A DNA stretch of 64,000 bases from Antedon mediterranea. Lineage: Eukaryota > Animalia > Echinodermata. Location: assembly GCF_964355755.1 (NCBI RefSeq), contig NC_092678.1, positions 1,132,422 to 1,196,421 on the forward strand, read 5' to 3'. Within the stretch, counting starts at the first letter, position 1. The number at the start of each line of letters is the position of its first letter. The translations under genes and the position numbers were made by a program. Below the pieces are notes generated by a model. That model was not told where the DNA came from. It searched no databases and was given only the letters and a program-made list of their open reading frames with translations. This document shows, one piece after another, positions 1-13,138 of the stretch.

Positions 1-772
1 CAAAGGATCATCATAATTATCGCTTGCGATTGGTCGATTTAATTGCGTTGCGTGTACCCCATTGCGTTGTGTCCTGGTGGGACCCAAGATTAAGTCTTTT
101 CCGGTTTAGATGTTAATTATTCCAACTCTTTAGAGACTGATGTACAACTGCCATCCAAACATCTATTTGCATGTATATTGCATATTATGCAAGCAGTTGT
201 AAGTTTGCGTTATATTATAAGCAAAATCACGTATAAAGATCTGTCTACACTAGTTGGACAAGAAAGGTGTGATTTGCCCAAATATAATAGTAGTAATATG
301 CCATCATCGTGTCCATATATGGGCACAGCACATTTTTTTTGTCACATAAAGTTTGATAGTGTAGACAGAGCTTTAGACTGAATTTTACCAGATACAAGTT
401 TAGCTAACATTTACCGTTTATACATACAATGCAAGCTCAGTGGTCGAGATTTGATTCTAAGTTTGTGAGCTGTTTCTTTCTCGAGAAGAAGCATTCTCAT
501 TAAATAGTATTATAATAATATTATTGAATATATACGTCATGTTGGCCAAAATTCGCCCCATAGATTATTTTTAATGTTGCAATCAAAACGATAGAAACTT
601 AGTTATTTATTCACTATTTTTTATTTATTACATATACATAAAATTGACGAGGTGACCAGATTAGAATTCAATGAAACATCGACAAAAGTAGACCAATTTC
701 ACTAATTGTTGTCAGTCGGTTTGTCCGTCTATCATTCCGTTAGTAAGGACAACATCCAATCGGAGCAGCATC

Positions 773-3700
773 CTAATACCGTGGGTCTATTGCTGAGATC
801 TCATCGATGACGTCACCAGTATATCTGTCAACACGAAAACACCTGACAAAAGGGATAAACAACGTTATGTTATTAAACGTTTTCAAATATAATGGTAAAT
901 AGTAATTGCTTATGAATGGGTCCGCATTATATAAAAGGAGGTTCAACATAAATGTAACCACATAACCTGAAAAATATACGAGAAAAAATAAAAAAACTTA
1001 CTTTTCGTCAATGCATTGTACCGACGCAAAATGGCCGTCTTGGTCGCAAGTTGGTGGTCGTAAATGGTTCTCACTTCGTTGAATATTTTCAAGAATATCG
1101 TTCTCTACAATTCGACACCTAAAGAAAACAAAACATTCTTATTTTTGTCTTTTTCATCATACACATTCTTTTTCCTATTATCAGTATCATGAAAATCACC
1201 ACAAAAGTTCCATGGCTTCGATTTCTATAGTAGCTTACTAAAGCTTGGTTCCCACTAGGACGTAGACGCAACGCAAGCGAGTTGACCAATTACACGCGAC
1301 TGTTGGAATAATCTACTATCATTATGTGATTGGCCAAATCACTTTGCGTTGCGCTACGTCACTGCGTTGCGTCCTAGTGGGAACCAAGCTTTAAACGTGG
1401 ATAGAATAGGCTACTACAATATAATTATGTTGCTATGTATTGTATTATTGTATCAAAGAAGAACACACATACCTTGGCATCCAGAATTTATAATCTACGA
1501 AATAAATAAAGCATAAAGAATGAGTCAAGTTGTTATATCAATATTTATATATTTTGATGCACAATGTAACTAACTTTATGTCGGTTATTTCATAAAAAGT
1601 CTATTTGTTTAATACAGGTAGAGTCATTGATACGACGCATTGGATTGCAGGATATTTACAGGATATTTAGAGGATATACGACGGAACATTCCGAACAACA
1701 ATATGAGCGCTTAAGACAAAATGTCATAGGCTAAACGTCATGAAATGTACATACACATAGAAATGTATATAAGGTAAAACATACTTTAAAATTAGGCCTA
1801 CATTTATAATAGACACGAAAAAAATTACATATAAACAATTTGTTCGGGTAGAAGAAACTTCATATGGGAGGTATACTACGAAGGACATTGTTGTTATTGT
1901 TGTGAATTTGATTAAAATTGCAAGTGTAGCTACTTTTTGTGATAATTGGTTTACCTTGTTCCGCTCTACATTCACAAATAGTACAGTCCCTTTCATCCTT
2001 TAGTAGTTCACCATCTTGGCATAATCTAAAACACGGAATGGTTTCACACGGTTCTAAACAAACACAAAGGTAAATCAAACGAATTACAAACACAACAATA
2101 ATAGAGATTTATCGAAAGGTTGTTGAACTTTACGACTTGCAAAGCATCTGGTGATGTACTTATTTTAAGAAGACATTTTAAGACAGGATGTATCAAATTG
2201 GTATTAGGTTGGTTTTATTATTATCTCTATGGTCACAATGACGCGCGCGCGTGTATTAATATGATGTATATATAATCTTTATTTACAATTTCAATTATTA
2301 CAATTTACAATTTTACAACAACACCCAACATTACACCAAAAAGAAGCGAGTGCTTGTCATTTCAATTCAATTTAAAAGGGATGCGCCTAAACCGTCGTTT
2401 ACCTGAAAAAGATGGCGAAGGAAGACTTTTTAAATCTCTTGTCTGTTCCGTTTCATAATTATCATCTGGTACAAATTCATATCTCACTTCAAGTTTGCCA
2501 CTTCTACTGCTTGGTCCACGATAAACAACTTGAATGCGACTTGAAAGTGAAATAATTGTCTCAGCAACGTGCAATTCCGATTGGCTGCAGTAAGAGCGTA
2601 AGAATAGCCGACTGCCATCGTCATCCATATCGCGTACGTTTAGTCGCGGTTGACATAGCCTCTGCTGGTCCATACGTGGAAACATATCAATGGCCAGAAT
2701 CCTTAGAAAGACCCGGTAACCAGCAGGCGCATTAAACCGATAGATACAGTATGTTTCACTACCATCAAAGCTATCCATTATAATACCACGTGACAGACCA
2801 CCTTTGGAAACTGTTGCTCCACAATCTACGATTGAAAGAGAAGTTGTGATTGGTCAAAAGTGGATCATCATCAGCAGCAAAGGCTATAAAGATGAATTAA
2901 ATGATCTGTAATTGACCGTTGTATTACTTACCACGTGGTAACTTGCACACTCCTTTTGGTGAATCGTATCTACCATTTTGAATGACTCCTTTTGAACCGA
3001 CGCATATCAATGTGTCAGAACATGTACCGAAAATACCCAATGGACCACCACAGGATTCGCCTACAACCTACACAAGTATTTAAATAATTATGTATTATGG
3101 TATCTCTAGTATGCACTTAAAGGAACTTTAGAGTACCAGAATTAAGAGTTACATAACAGCACGTTCGAAACTATTATGAAAGCAACACATCTGAAATAAA
3201 AGGGAAAATCGTACCTTAGAGCACACGTGACAGCCACAGTTACACGGGTCAAGTATGGACCTTGAACCTGCTGGACATTGCTTTGGTTCACACGTGAATG
3301 CGGCCAACTGACCATCATGACCAATACAGGGGCAATCACTAGTTCTATTAGAATAAAAAGCATTAAGAATTAATGAGGAAAATCTAGTATGTGAAAAAAT
3401 AATGTAAGCAAAACTAAACAAGTCTGTTTTACATTAGGCGAATATTCACACGAATAGAGTTTTTAGAGAATTCTTGAACTCTGATTGTTTGTTGCGGATG
3501 TTTTCGCATCGCAACAAAATAATACGCGCGCATAAACCAACGCTTCGTGCGGAAATGATTTGAGCTGCTGTGGAAAAAAGACTCAATTAGACTCACCCTA
3601 ACTTGTCATCGATTCCTGGAATTTCTAAATACGCAACGTTTCTGCTTTCTGAAAATTAAATTAATTTTCTTTAAAGCGAAATAAAGATGTACTACATACC

Positions 3701-5463
3701 TGTTTGTTGAACGTTGAAATCAACCTTCTCCTGGTAAACAAATTCATATTTCATTTCCACACTCCCTCTGAGGTGTGCATGTTTAGTTTGATAGACAATT
3801 TGAATTCGATTACTATCAGAAACTAGTTTCTTTGGAAACTCTTCGCGTTGGTTGCCATGACATATCGATCTTAAGACATATCTATCAGGTCTTATATTGC
3901 GAACTTTAAGTTGTGGCGTGCAGTGGTCACCTTCAAGCATTTCAAAAGGGTCATATGTTATAGTGACCATGACTCTCTGATCAGGCCTGGACACAAATCT
4001 GTAGATACATCGGTCACTCCCATCTATATCAACAGGGATGACTCCGTTAAACACGTCTGATTTGTAGGAAGTTGTGACGTCACAGCCTATAGTAAAGAAA
4101 AAAAAATGTATAGATTACTATGATTTCAGTATTACGATTTCAATAAAAAATTATTTTCCTTTCATATTAGACAACTTCTTAATTTATTTAGCTTTATGGG
4201 ACTGAATATTTGGTGCGTAGGCCTACTATAATCGGACCCGGGAGTGGTCATGGCTTCGGACAAATTTTTACCTCGTTTGTGTGTACATAACTTGACGTCA
4301 TAAATCGAGACACATTCAAGTCCGTGCTTACATGTTCCGTACCGGTCACCACACTTCTCGCCTTTCAACTAAAACGTAAGCAGTAACGTTTCATTAGTAC
4401 AAGATACAACAAGATAACTTTATTGTCATATAGTTCAACGAAAGATTAGTAGGTCTATGCATATTATCTATATAAACGACAAACACACGAAGGAATGCAT
4501 CGACCTATGGCGTACAAAACGTACGAAATTATTACTCAGATCATCATGATATTCTATAGCTTAACAATTTTGCATGACAGCTTAAATCATGTTTGCCATC
4601 TTAAGCTCTAGTCACACGAGTCCTACCTTAGAGCAGACAAGAACTCCACAACGGCATTCATCATTAACCAGGTTGCTTCCGTGTGGACATGGGTGTTGTG
4701 ACATCGCTCTTTCGGCTGCTTCTTCAAAATCAACTACTTTACCATCTTGGTTAATGCACGGGCATGATGGGTAGTATCCACTGCTGTTCACACTGTAAAG
4801 AATGTGAAAAACCCCAAATACAAATATCAAATGAATACAAATGATTGTGGAATTGTTCAAATCTGTCTGGAATAATCACAAACAAATTAAAAACACAGTA
4901 TAATCCAATTGAGATTATACTCGTACTCAACTACGAGTAGTAACTGAACTACGAGTAGTAACTGAACTACGAGTAGTAACTGAACTACGAGTAGTAACTG
5001 AACTACGAGTAGTAACTCAACTACGAGTATTAACTCGACAACTACGAGTAGTAACTGAACTACGAGTATTAACTCAACTACGAGTATTAACTCAACCACG
5101 AGTAGTAACTCAACTACGAGTAGTAACTCAACTACGAGTATTAACTCAACTACGAGTAGTAACTCAACTACGAGTAGTAACTCAACTACGAGTAGTAACT
5201 CAACTACGAGTAGTAACTCATTTGCCTTCTGATTCACTTAAATGTAAGAACACTAAATGTAAGCCCCAAACATAGATTTATTGTTCACTATACCTCTATG
5301 ATATAACCTACTTTATAAATATTTACATATCTAAAAGACATTTTCAATTTTACTTTATTTTTACCTTGCAAACATTCTTACTAATTTTTACTATCGACTT
5401 TACTTACCGTAACAAAAAATTCAAAATTATATATAATTCAAACAAGCCAGTATTAACATTCAT
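773..5463 (-). CDS. Secreted mosaic protein: signal peptide, IGFBP-N, CUB, IGFBP-N, CUB, antistasin-like, degenerate thyroglobulin type-1 (about 12 exons)
   Basis: GT-AG exons, mostly phase-checked: ~5463-5408 (MNVNTGLFELYIILNFLLR), 4792-4627, 4368-4272, 4086-3700, 3648-3597, 3344-3215, 3067-2931, 2826-2403, 2054-1954, ~1494-1473, 1118-1002, 842-773. IGFBP-like Cys patterns (CPHG..DECRCGVLVCSKLKGEKCG..GTCKHGLEC; CPAG..DPCNCGCHVCSKVVGESCGG...GTC), CUB motifs (CIYRF..RV..; SNRIQIVY), CETIPCFRLCQDG..DERDCTICEC, and PTCDQDGHFASVQC..CFRVD. Confidence 0.75.
1242..1390. mobile_element. Second Harbinger-like MITE family
   Basis: TIR AGCTTGGTTCCCACTAGGACG flanked by TAA/TTA; diverged right half also at ~20-92. 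Confidence 0.8.
4925..5219. repeat. 18-bp minisatellite (CTACGAGTAGTAACTCAA), about 16 copies, intron 1 of the IGFBP/CUB gene
   Basis: Direct inspection. Confidence 0.95.
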
Positions 5464-6094
5464 GTTGTTTTCGGGTGATACACTTACTGGCCCTCTGATT
5501 ATTTCAGCTTCGACCAGAAATAATATGTGTTATGTGTGCTTACAACAAGATTGTGATCCTATGAACTTGAAAGCCGTTAGTTTGGGATTATAAGAAGTTA
5601 TGCCTTTTACAGTAACAATACTTCATTGATGTGTTTTATCACAATAAAGAACAATTTTACAATAGGTGTCAAAACAAACAAAAGATCCTAATGATCCTTC
5701 CGGTCTGATTGTCATAAAGCACTTTAGGAGGGATTTTAAATATTTTGGTAACATTTCTTAATTGTGAATCAGCAATGAATCATCATTACAATCTCTATGG
5801 ATAGTAAAATTCGAATATTGTACCTCTGACAGGTATAGATTTATTGTAAAATACCATGAAAATAATGAAACTATAATATTGCCTCAACATGTTCATAATT
5901 AATTAGCACCGCTTTTATCTGCTATGAATATTCAAATTCTTGATGAATATTCATTATACTCAGTGGAGCGTAACATAAATCACATTGTGATCAGTTGGTG
6001 GTACAAAAACAATAAAGTGTCGCGGAATTATTATTGTACACATTTTAACGTTATCTCATTTGAATTAAAACATTCGACACTTATACAATATAAT

Positions 6095-9000
6095 ATGAGT
6101 AATGATGAACCGTAAGTGGTAAAAAGTAAAACCGTTCGGTACACATTTGTGTTGTTTTTAAGACTATTGAGCTAGGCCCTGTGAGTCACTTTCCTTTACA
6201 AGTCGAAGTAACAGACGACCCGATACCACCCAAACGAGAATAAGCCTATATTGCATAGGCGTTACAAGGATGGGGCCTAGGTGTAGAAAACATCTCTCTT
6301 TATATATTATATCGGCTATAATATCTAATCAATGCCCATAGCAGATTTATTTATAGCACTTTTAGTTTTTTATCAGTCACAGAAATAGAATACATTTTTT
6401 TTGGTCATTTTTCAGTATGGTGGTTGATGATGGTGGCAACACTGAGAAGCAAAACTGGCCGGGAAGATGGAATCATGTTAAGAAACTTCTAGAAAGAACC
6501 GGACCATTTGCACACAGTGACTTTGAAGCCAGCCCTGAGGTACAACAAACAACAAAACAAGTTTACAAGAAATGATTACACTAAACATATTTTTTCTCTC
6601 ATTTAAATTAATATTACTGTATTTCTATTTGCAGATTTTAGGCTTTCTACTGAGCATGTGCAAGGTTCTAGTAATCGGAGCTGGAGGACTCGGCTGCGAA
6701 ATCCTGAAAGACTTGGTTTGTATTAAACGTAATCAGTGATACCAACATTGACAGCATATACATGAATAAACAGGGCCTGGGTTTAGATGATGAATACATG
6801 TTTTTGTTTTTTAGGCGTTATCTGGATTTAGACAGATTGAGGTCATCGATATGGATACCATTGACCTTTCAAACCTTAACAGACAGTTTTTATTCAGGTG
6901 AGCTATTATTCTTTTTGTCAACATATTATTGGTGCAGATGCAAATTTGACTTATTATCAGTGATAATGTTTTTGTTTTAATTAGACTTAAAGACATTGGG
7001 CAACCAAAAGCTACAGTGGCAGCTGAATTCATTAACAAGAGAATCCCAGGATGTGAAGTCAAAGCGTATCCTTCAGACTATCTTTTTAAATATGCAAGGC
7101 GATGTTCTTTTGTTTTTTAAAATTTTTTTAAAAAGCAATCAAATGCCATTATTATAATGGTTCAAATGGATTGTAATAATGTCTTAAAGAGGTAGTATTT
7201 TGAAAAAGATGGGGAGGGGGTGTACATGAAACAGACAAAAATAGTCCCAAAGTCATAGAAGAAATTGAGACACTCAGTAACATGAATTGGATAAAGTATG
7301 GAATGTATTGTGCCACATAACATACATTGAATAAGTATGGAAGGCAATATGTGACATATTACATGAATTGAATTAAAATTATCTTAACAGAACAATAGAC
7401 ATTTCAACAAAATACAAGATTTTGATGAATCATTCTATAGACGTATGTATATAGTTTTTGGTTTTAATTTAAAAAAATTTCAAAACAAATGTGAAATTTC
7501 GGTAGTTAACACATTGTTTTTTTTTACATTTCTAGAATTTCACATAGTTGTTTGCGGCTTGGATTCAATCATCGCTAGGCGATGGATCAACGGAATGCTT
7601 GTAAGTTAGATCAAAACTATCGAAGAGTTAACATAAAATTCAATGTAAAAAAAAAGTTATTTTTGTGCTTTTACAATACGAAAATAAATTTGCTTTAAAA
7701 TTGTAGTTAAGCCTGTTAAGATATGAAGACGGTGTGTTAGATCAAGCGTCACTTATTCCGATGATAGACGGTGGAACCGAAGGCTTCAAAGGAAATGCGC
7801 GTGTAATTCTACCGGGAATGACACCCTGTATTGAGTGTACACTGGATCTCTATCCTCCACAGGTAATGGCAGATAAATAGTGTATAATTATATTATGACA
7901 ACTTGCAATTCAATTGGGACCTATCCTTTAAAAGGAATGCATTAATTGTTGTGTGGTATTACTGTAAATTAAAATCAGCTGTTTCATTTTGTTTTTTTTT
8001 AGGTAAACTTTCCAATGTGTACAATAGCACATACACCAAGGTTGCCAGCACATTGCATTGAATATGTTAAAGTTTTGTTATGGCCTCAAGAAAAACCATT
8101 TGAAGGTAAGAAGGACATTAAGTGAATGTTAGAATGTTGCAGGAGGGATTGCCCACAATGCAACTAGTCGCGGGTAAAGGCTTTCTTAAAATGACTCCAT
8201 TTAAAAATGAATGATTTTTCTTTCTTTCATTAGGTGTTGCCATTGATGGCGATGATCCAGACCACATACAATGGATATTTGAGAAATCTCAACAAAGAGC
8301 TGATGAGTACAACATACAAGGGGTGACTTATCGACTTACTCAAGGTAGGCTGTTACCAATACATTATCGGAAAATTTATTATATAGTTTATGAATGACGT
8401 TAAAAATATTTGAACATTTTGAACATTATACAGTAAACACACACTATATTGTAGGTGTTGTGAAAAGAATTATTCCAGCAGTAGCGTCAACAAATGCTGT
8501 CATTGCTGCCCAGTGTGTGACTGAAGTATTCAAAGTGGCCAGTAGGTAGGTAACACACCACATACACCCATATAGGTGACCAGTAGGTAGGTAACACACC
8601 ACATACACCCATATAGGTGACCAGTAGGTAGGTAACACACCACATACAGGTGACCAGTAGGTAGGTAACCACACCACATACACCCATATAGGTGACCAGT
8701 AGGTAGGTAACACACCACATACACCCATATAGGTGACCAGTAGGTAGGTAACACACCACATACACGTGACCAGTAGGTAGGTAACACACCACATACACCC
8801 ATATAGGTGACCAGTAGGTAGGTAACACACCACATACACCCATATAGGTGACCAGTAGGTAGGTAACAATTCAAACCACTGCTGTTGGATGTGGTTGAAA
8901 TAAAATAAATTCACGCCACATATAGGTGTGGCTTCGCTTCTAGTATAAAGAAATAGCATTTAACAATTGTGTTTCTAATTATTCTTATTTATTTTTCAGT

Positions 9001-10004
9001 TGCTGTAACCCTTTGAATAACTACATGGTATTTAACGACACTGATGGATTATATACCTACACATTTGAAGCAGAAAAGAAAGTAAGAATACAGAGTATAC
9101 AAATATAATCACCCATAAATATATGGTATTATGTGTACACTCACTTAGCCAAATTCTGTAATACAGCATCACATATGTATCACATGTGACACCAGTATTA
9201 TGCTTATGGCCTATGATACATATGTGCATATGTGACACAGTATTACAGAACTTGTCTATAGTACTGGACAAATTATAGATACAATCAGTACAGAGAATCG
9301 TCCAAGATAATTAACTGATTAGTTTGTTAAATACAAACAATAAATGAAACACATTTTAAATAAATGTGCGATGTTTTACAGGAAGACTGTTTGGCATGCA
9401 GCCAAATCCCACAAACAATTCAAGTTTCAACTGATGATACGTTACAAACGGTTTACAACTATCTATGCGAGAATCCACAAATGTGAGTAATGTGCACCAT
9501 CCACCCAACTTCAATGTAAAAAGAATTTGTGAAATGAGTTCCGAAAAATAACAAGATTTGCACCATGACATGATATTTATTTGTGTTTAATATTGTTTGT
9601 GTTTTAGGCAAATGAAATCCCCAAATATAACAACAACAATGGATGGAAAGAATAAAACACTATACATGCCAACTATAGAGTCAATCAAAAAACGCACTAA
9701 GGAGAACCTGGCCAAGAAACTAACAGGTAAATGCTAATGTGTCTTTCGATTATACGCAACACATTAAAAAAACCAACTGATGTCAAAAGTATTGTATAAC
9801 TAAAAATAAAAGCAAATATTGCGTAAAATGCCCAGTCATCAAAATCTCCAAGTATGATATGTTTATGATCACCAGCATATAGGCTAATATTAGTATGTTT
9901 GTGTTGCAGATTTAGGCTTAACCGAGGGACAAGAGATTGTAGTATCCGACCAAACTTCACCAACATCTTTGATATTCGTCATCAAATTTAAAGTAAATTC
10001 ATGA
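6095..10004 (+). CDS. UBA3: NEDD8-activating enzyme E1 catalytic subunit (spliced)
   Basis: Exons encode MSNDEP|[77 protein letters not shown], catalytic [39 protein letters not shown]; stop TGA 10002-10004. Confidence 0.96.
7066..7398 (+). other. U12-type (minor spliceosome) GT-AG intron in UBA3
   Basis: 5' end GTATCCTT, U12-like branch sequence TATCTTAAC at 7380-7388 about 10 nt before the AG, no polypyrimidine tract; joining gives in-frame VKAHFNKIQD. Confidence 0.88.
8535..8867 (+). repeat. 41-bp (some 33/42-bp) minisatellite spanning a UBA3 exon/intron junction
   Basis: Unit GTAGGTAACACACCACATACACCCATATAGGTGACCAGTAG; 9 copies of CCAGTAG|GTAGGT. Confidence 0.95.
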
Positions 10005-10317
10005 AAATATTACATTAAAACATGAATACAAACTGATAAATTAAATTAAATTAACTAAAATGAACACAAGTGTTTTATATTCTAATATACATTTTTTTGT
10101 AGTGTACATGCATTACTAAAGAATAATAGTAAAACTTTTAGGCCCAAAATGTTTATTTTTTGTTAAGTATTAAAATATTTGTGTTAAAATACATACACTG
10201 CATTAAAATATATCTTTGTTTTGGACAAGAACAAAAAGCAATGAATATTGGAGTGTATTTTCATTTTTTGAATGTTTTTCAAATATAGTTTAAAATTAAA
10301 ACCTAAATTATTAGTTA

Positions 10318-13138
10318 TCATTTTTTCTTTCCTCTTTTTATTATTGTCCAGCCATCATCTTCATCTTGACTATTTTTTTCAGTAGTTGATTCTGGAATAA
10401 TAAAATAAAGTTATTGTCGTCAGCAAATCAACTCGATGATCTCAATATTACATCAAACAAAAGTAATCAAAACCAGTAAGGAAAACTAATTTAACTTTAA
10501 CAGAATTTAAAACAAAGCTATAGATTGGGTACAGGTGAAGCGCTACAGCCAAAAATGTGCAATTAGTTATAAATATAACTGATTGAGCATTACTACACAT
10601 ACCTTTGTTTGATGATTGAGCATTACTACACATACCTTTGTTTGATGATTGAGCATTACTACACATACCTTTTTTGATGATTGAGCATTACTACACATAC
10701 CTTTGTTTGATGATGATTGAGCATTACTACACATACCTTTGTTTGATGATTGAGCATTACTACACATACCTTTGTTTGATGATTGAGCATTACTACACAT
10801 ACCTTTGTTTGATGATTGAGCATTACTACACATACCTTTTTTGATGATTGAGCATTACTACACATACCTTTGTTTGATGATTGAGCATTACTACACATAC
10901 CTTTGTTTGATGATTGAGCATTACTACACATACCTTTGTTTGATGATTGAGCATTACTACACATACCTTTGTTTGATGATTGAGCATTACTACACATACC
11001 TTTGTTTGATTGGGTAGCAGAATCATTTCCATTCACTAATGATGCATTTGACATCATTGCTTCACAATTATGTTGGCTTACATCTTTCTAATAAATTTAA
11101 ACGGCAATAATGGTTTTAATACTGCATTACATTTATCATATATAGGGTAAATAATTAGCTATGGTTTCCCTGCCCAGCTATTTCCTTTTTATGTCTAAAG
11201 CCTTGTCTACACTATCAAACTTTATGTGACATAAAATGTGATGTGCCCATAATGAACACAATGAAGTCATATCCCTACCTGATCATCATCATCTTCCTGT
11301 CCAGCCGCTGATGTACATCCATCTAATCTTGCTTTTGGTACTTCTTGTATTTCCCTTAAAATTGAACTGTGATTTCCGGATTTGTATAGGTTAAAAAAAT
11401 CACAAATCTTTTTACATATCTGGAAAAAAGATGCACATAAATTTGTTATATATTGAGACAACAATAAAATAGATTTTTTCCCGTTGTTTCTAAAGAAAGT
11501 TTCCACTTAATAGGGGTGTCCCAAAGGAGGGGTTCTACTGTGTAGTTGCTTGTCCCATAAATTGATTGTGGGATAAAATGTCATTCATCATTGTTAAACT
11601 AGGTCATGTCATCATTGTTACACTAGGTCATGTCATCATTCATGGTGTTCTTAAATCTTACTTGATATGAACTGCCATCTTCAGCAATTGTGTCAAATTC
11701 TGTATTTAGGATTTCAGATAAAAACTCATCAAGTTCATCTGGCTCAATCCCATCTAATAAAAAAAAAACAGACTGAAATTTAAATTACTGTTAAAAACAA
11801 TATAACCTGGTATCACATATGGATTTCATTTTATTACAATGCATACCATTTTCCTGAAACCATTGCCATATAGCGCCAACAAACCATTCAGCCTTCTCAC
11901 GTCCATATGGTCCACCAAATCCGTGCTGAACAGCAAGCTAACAACAAAAGACAAAATTGTTCACTGTATATTTATATAATACATTGGAAAAAATAGCTTC
12001 GCCTTATTCAATATTTAGGTCGACCATGCATCTTTGCATACAACATAGAGAACTAGAATAAAATACTGTTAATGTCATGCCGATTAAATTAAATTAGTTA
12101 TGAATTGTTGAATCTTTTTTTTTAAAGATGTATTGTCTCTTTGACAAATTCCCAAAAAATTTTTAAAACAAGATTTTGAAAAAAGTGGGTCATTTTGGAG
12201 TATCATAATAGTTATTAACTTTCACCAAAAATTGGTCAAAAAAAAAATCATTTAACAGAAATACAGATGACTTCCAGTCAAAATCTTCGATCAAAACATA
12301 TCTCATAATGCAAAGCGCTTGTTTGGCTAATCTGTGTATGCATAATCATAAAACTTCTTCGCGATCTGTGTGAAAACACCTTCTCAACTCTGACGACTTG
12401 TAAACAATCCTAATTAACATACAGTATCATGCATAATGCATACTCATGGTTTGAAATCTTTGTTTACTTTCGCTCCCGACAATTTTCCAGACGAAATGTA
12501 ATCAAACTAATTTACCTGTTAATAATCACGTACTTGTTGTTTTTGGCTCAAATTTTCGACTTAAATAAAGTGAATAACTTTAATATATACTTTGATATGG
12601 CCAATTTAAATTTAAAATATTTTGACCTTCATTTTTTTTTGTTTCAAGGGACAATATACATCTTTAAATTTTGACTGAAATTTTGTATTATTTTACAAAA
12701 TAATAATTAATATTAAATAATTAACTGTTAATAGCATGGTCGTCCAATATAATTATTAATTGATATAAACCTAACGCTAGGCTTAGTAAGTAGGAGAGGA
12801 GAGTGAGAATTAACTTGCTAGGCCCTGATGTATGAACCTAGGCAAGCCGCATCAGCTCCACCCAGCAGGGGCCAATCCGCTCGTGGGGGGCCAGGCTAGC
12901 GCCAATCTAGTAGTAGACTGACTAGCTAGGCCTAGCCTAGCCCCGGGCCTACTAGCTAGATATTTAATAATTGTTGTAAATAATATTTAAACATGCAAAT
13001 AGCAAAATATATTACTCATTAGGCCTAACAACTAACCTGTAAAACAGTCCATCCTTGTAATAATGCTTCTATTCCACGATAAAATATATCTTTTTGCTCC
13101 GTAAATCTAGCTTCTTGCTTTCCAGAGGAGGCTGCCAT
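10318..13138 (-). CDS. TSR2: Pre-rRNA-processing protein TSR2 homolog (6 exons)
   Basis: MAASSGK..FYRGIEALLQGWTVLQ|LAVQHGFGGPYGREKAEW..|..DELDEFLSEILNTEFDTIAEDGS..|..EDDGWTIIKRGKKK*, matching the TSR2 WGG domain and C-terminal DDGW motif. Confidence 0.92.
10581..11011 (-). repeat. 33-bp minisatellite spanning a TSR2 exon/intron junction
   Basis: Minus-strand unit GTATGTGTAGTAATGCTCAATCATCAAACAAAG, 13 copies. Confidence 0.95.
12126..12663. mobile_element. TTAA-flanked non-autonomous DNA transposon (Kolobok/T2-like), copy 1
   Basis: TTAA-AGATGTATTGTC...GACAATA(TA)CATCT-TTAA; highly similar to 20732-21231. Confidence 0.8.

Noticed and set aside
4793-4860. ORF-track N-terminus MNNSTIICIHLIF as the signal peptide
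   Set aside because: Starts at TTG and contains a polypyrimidine/AG acceptor; an in-phase ATG exon at 5463-5408 is more plausible.
4887-5237. Hydrophobic (ELLLVV)n ORF
   Set aside because: Translation of the 18-bp intronic minisatellite.
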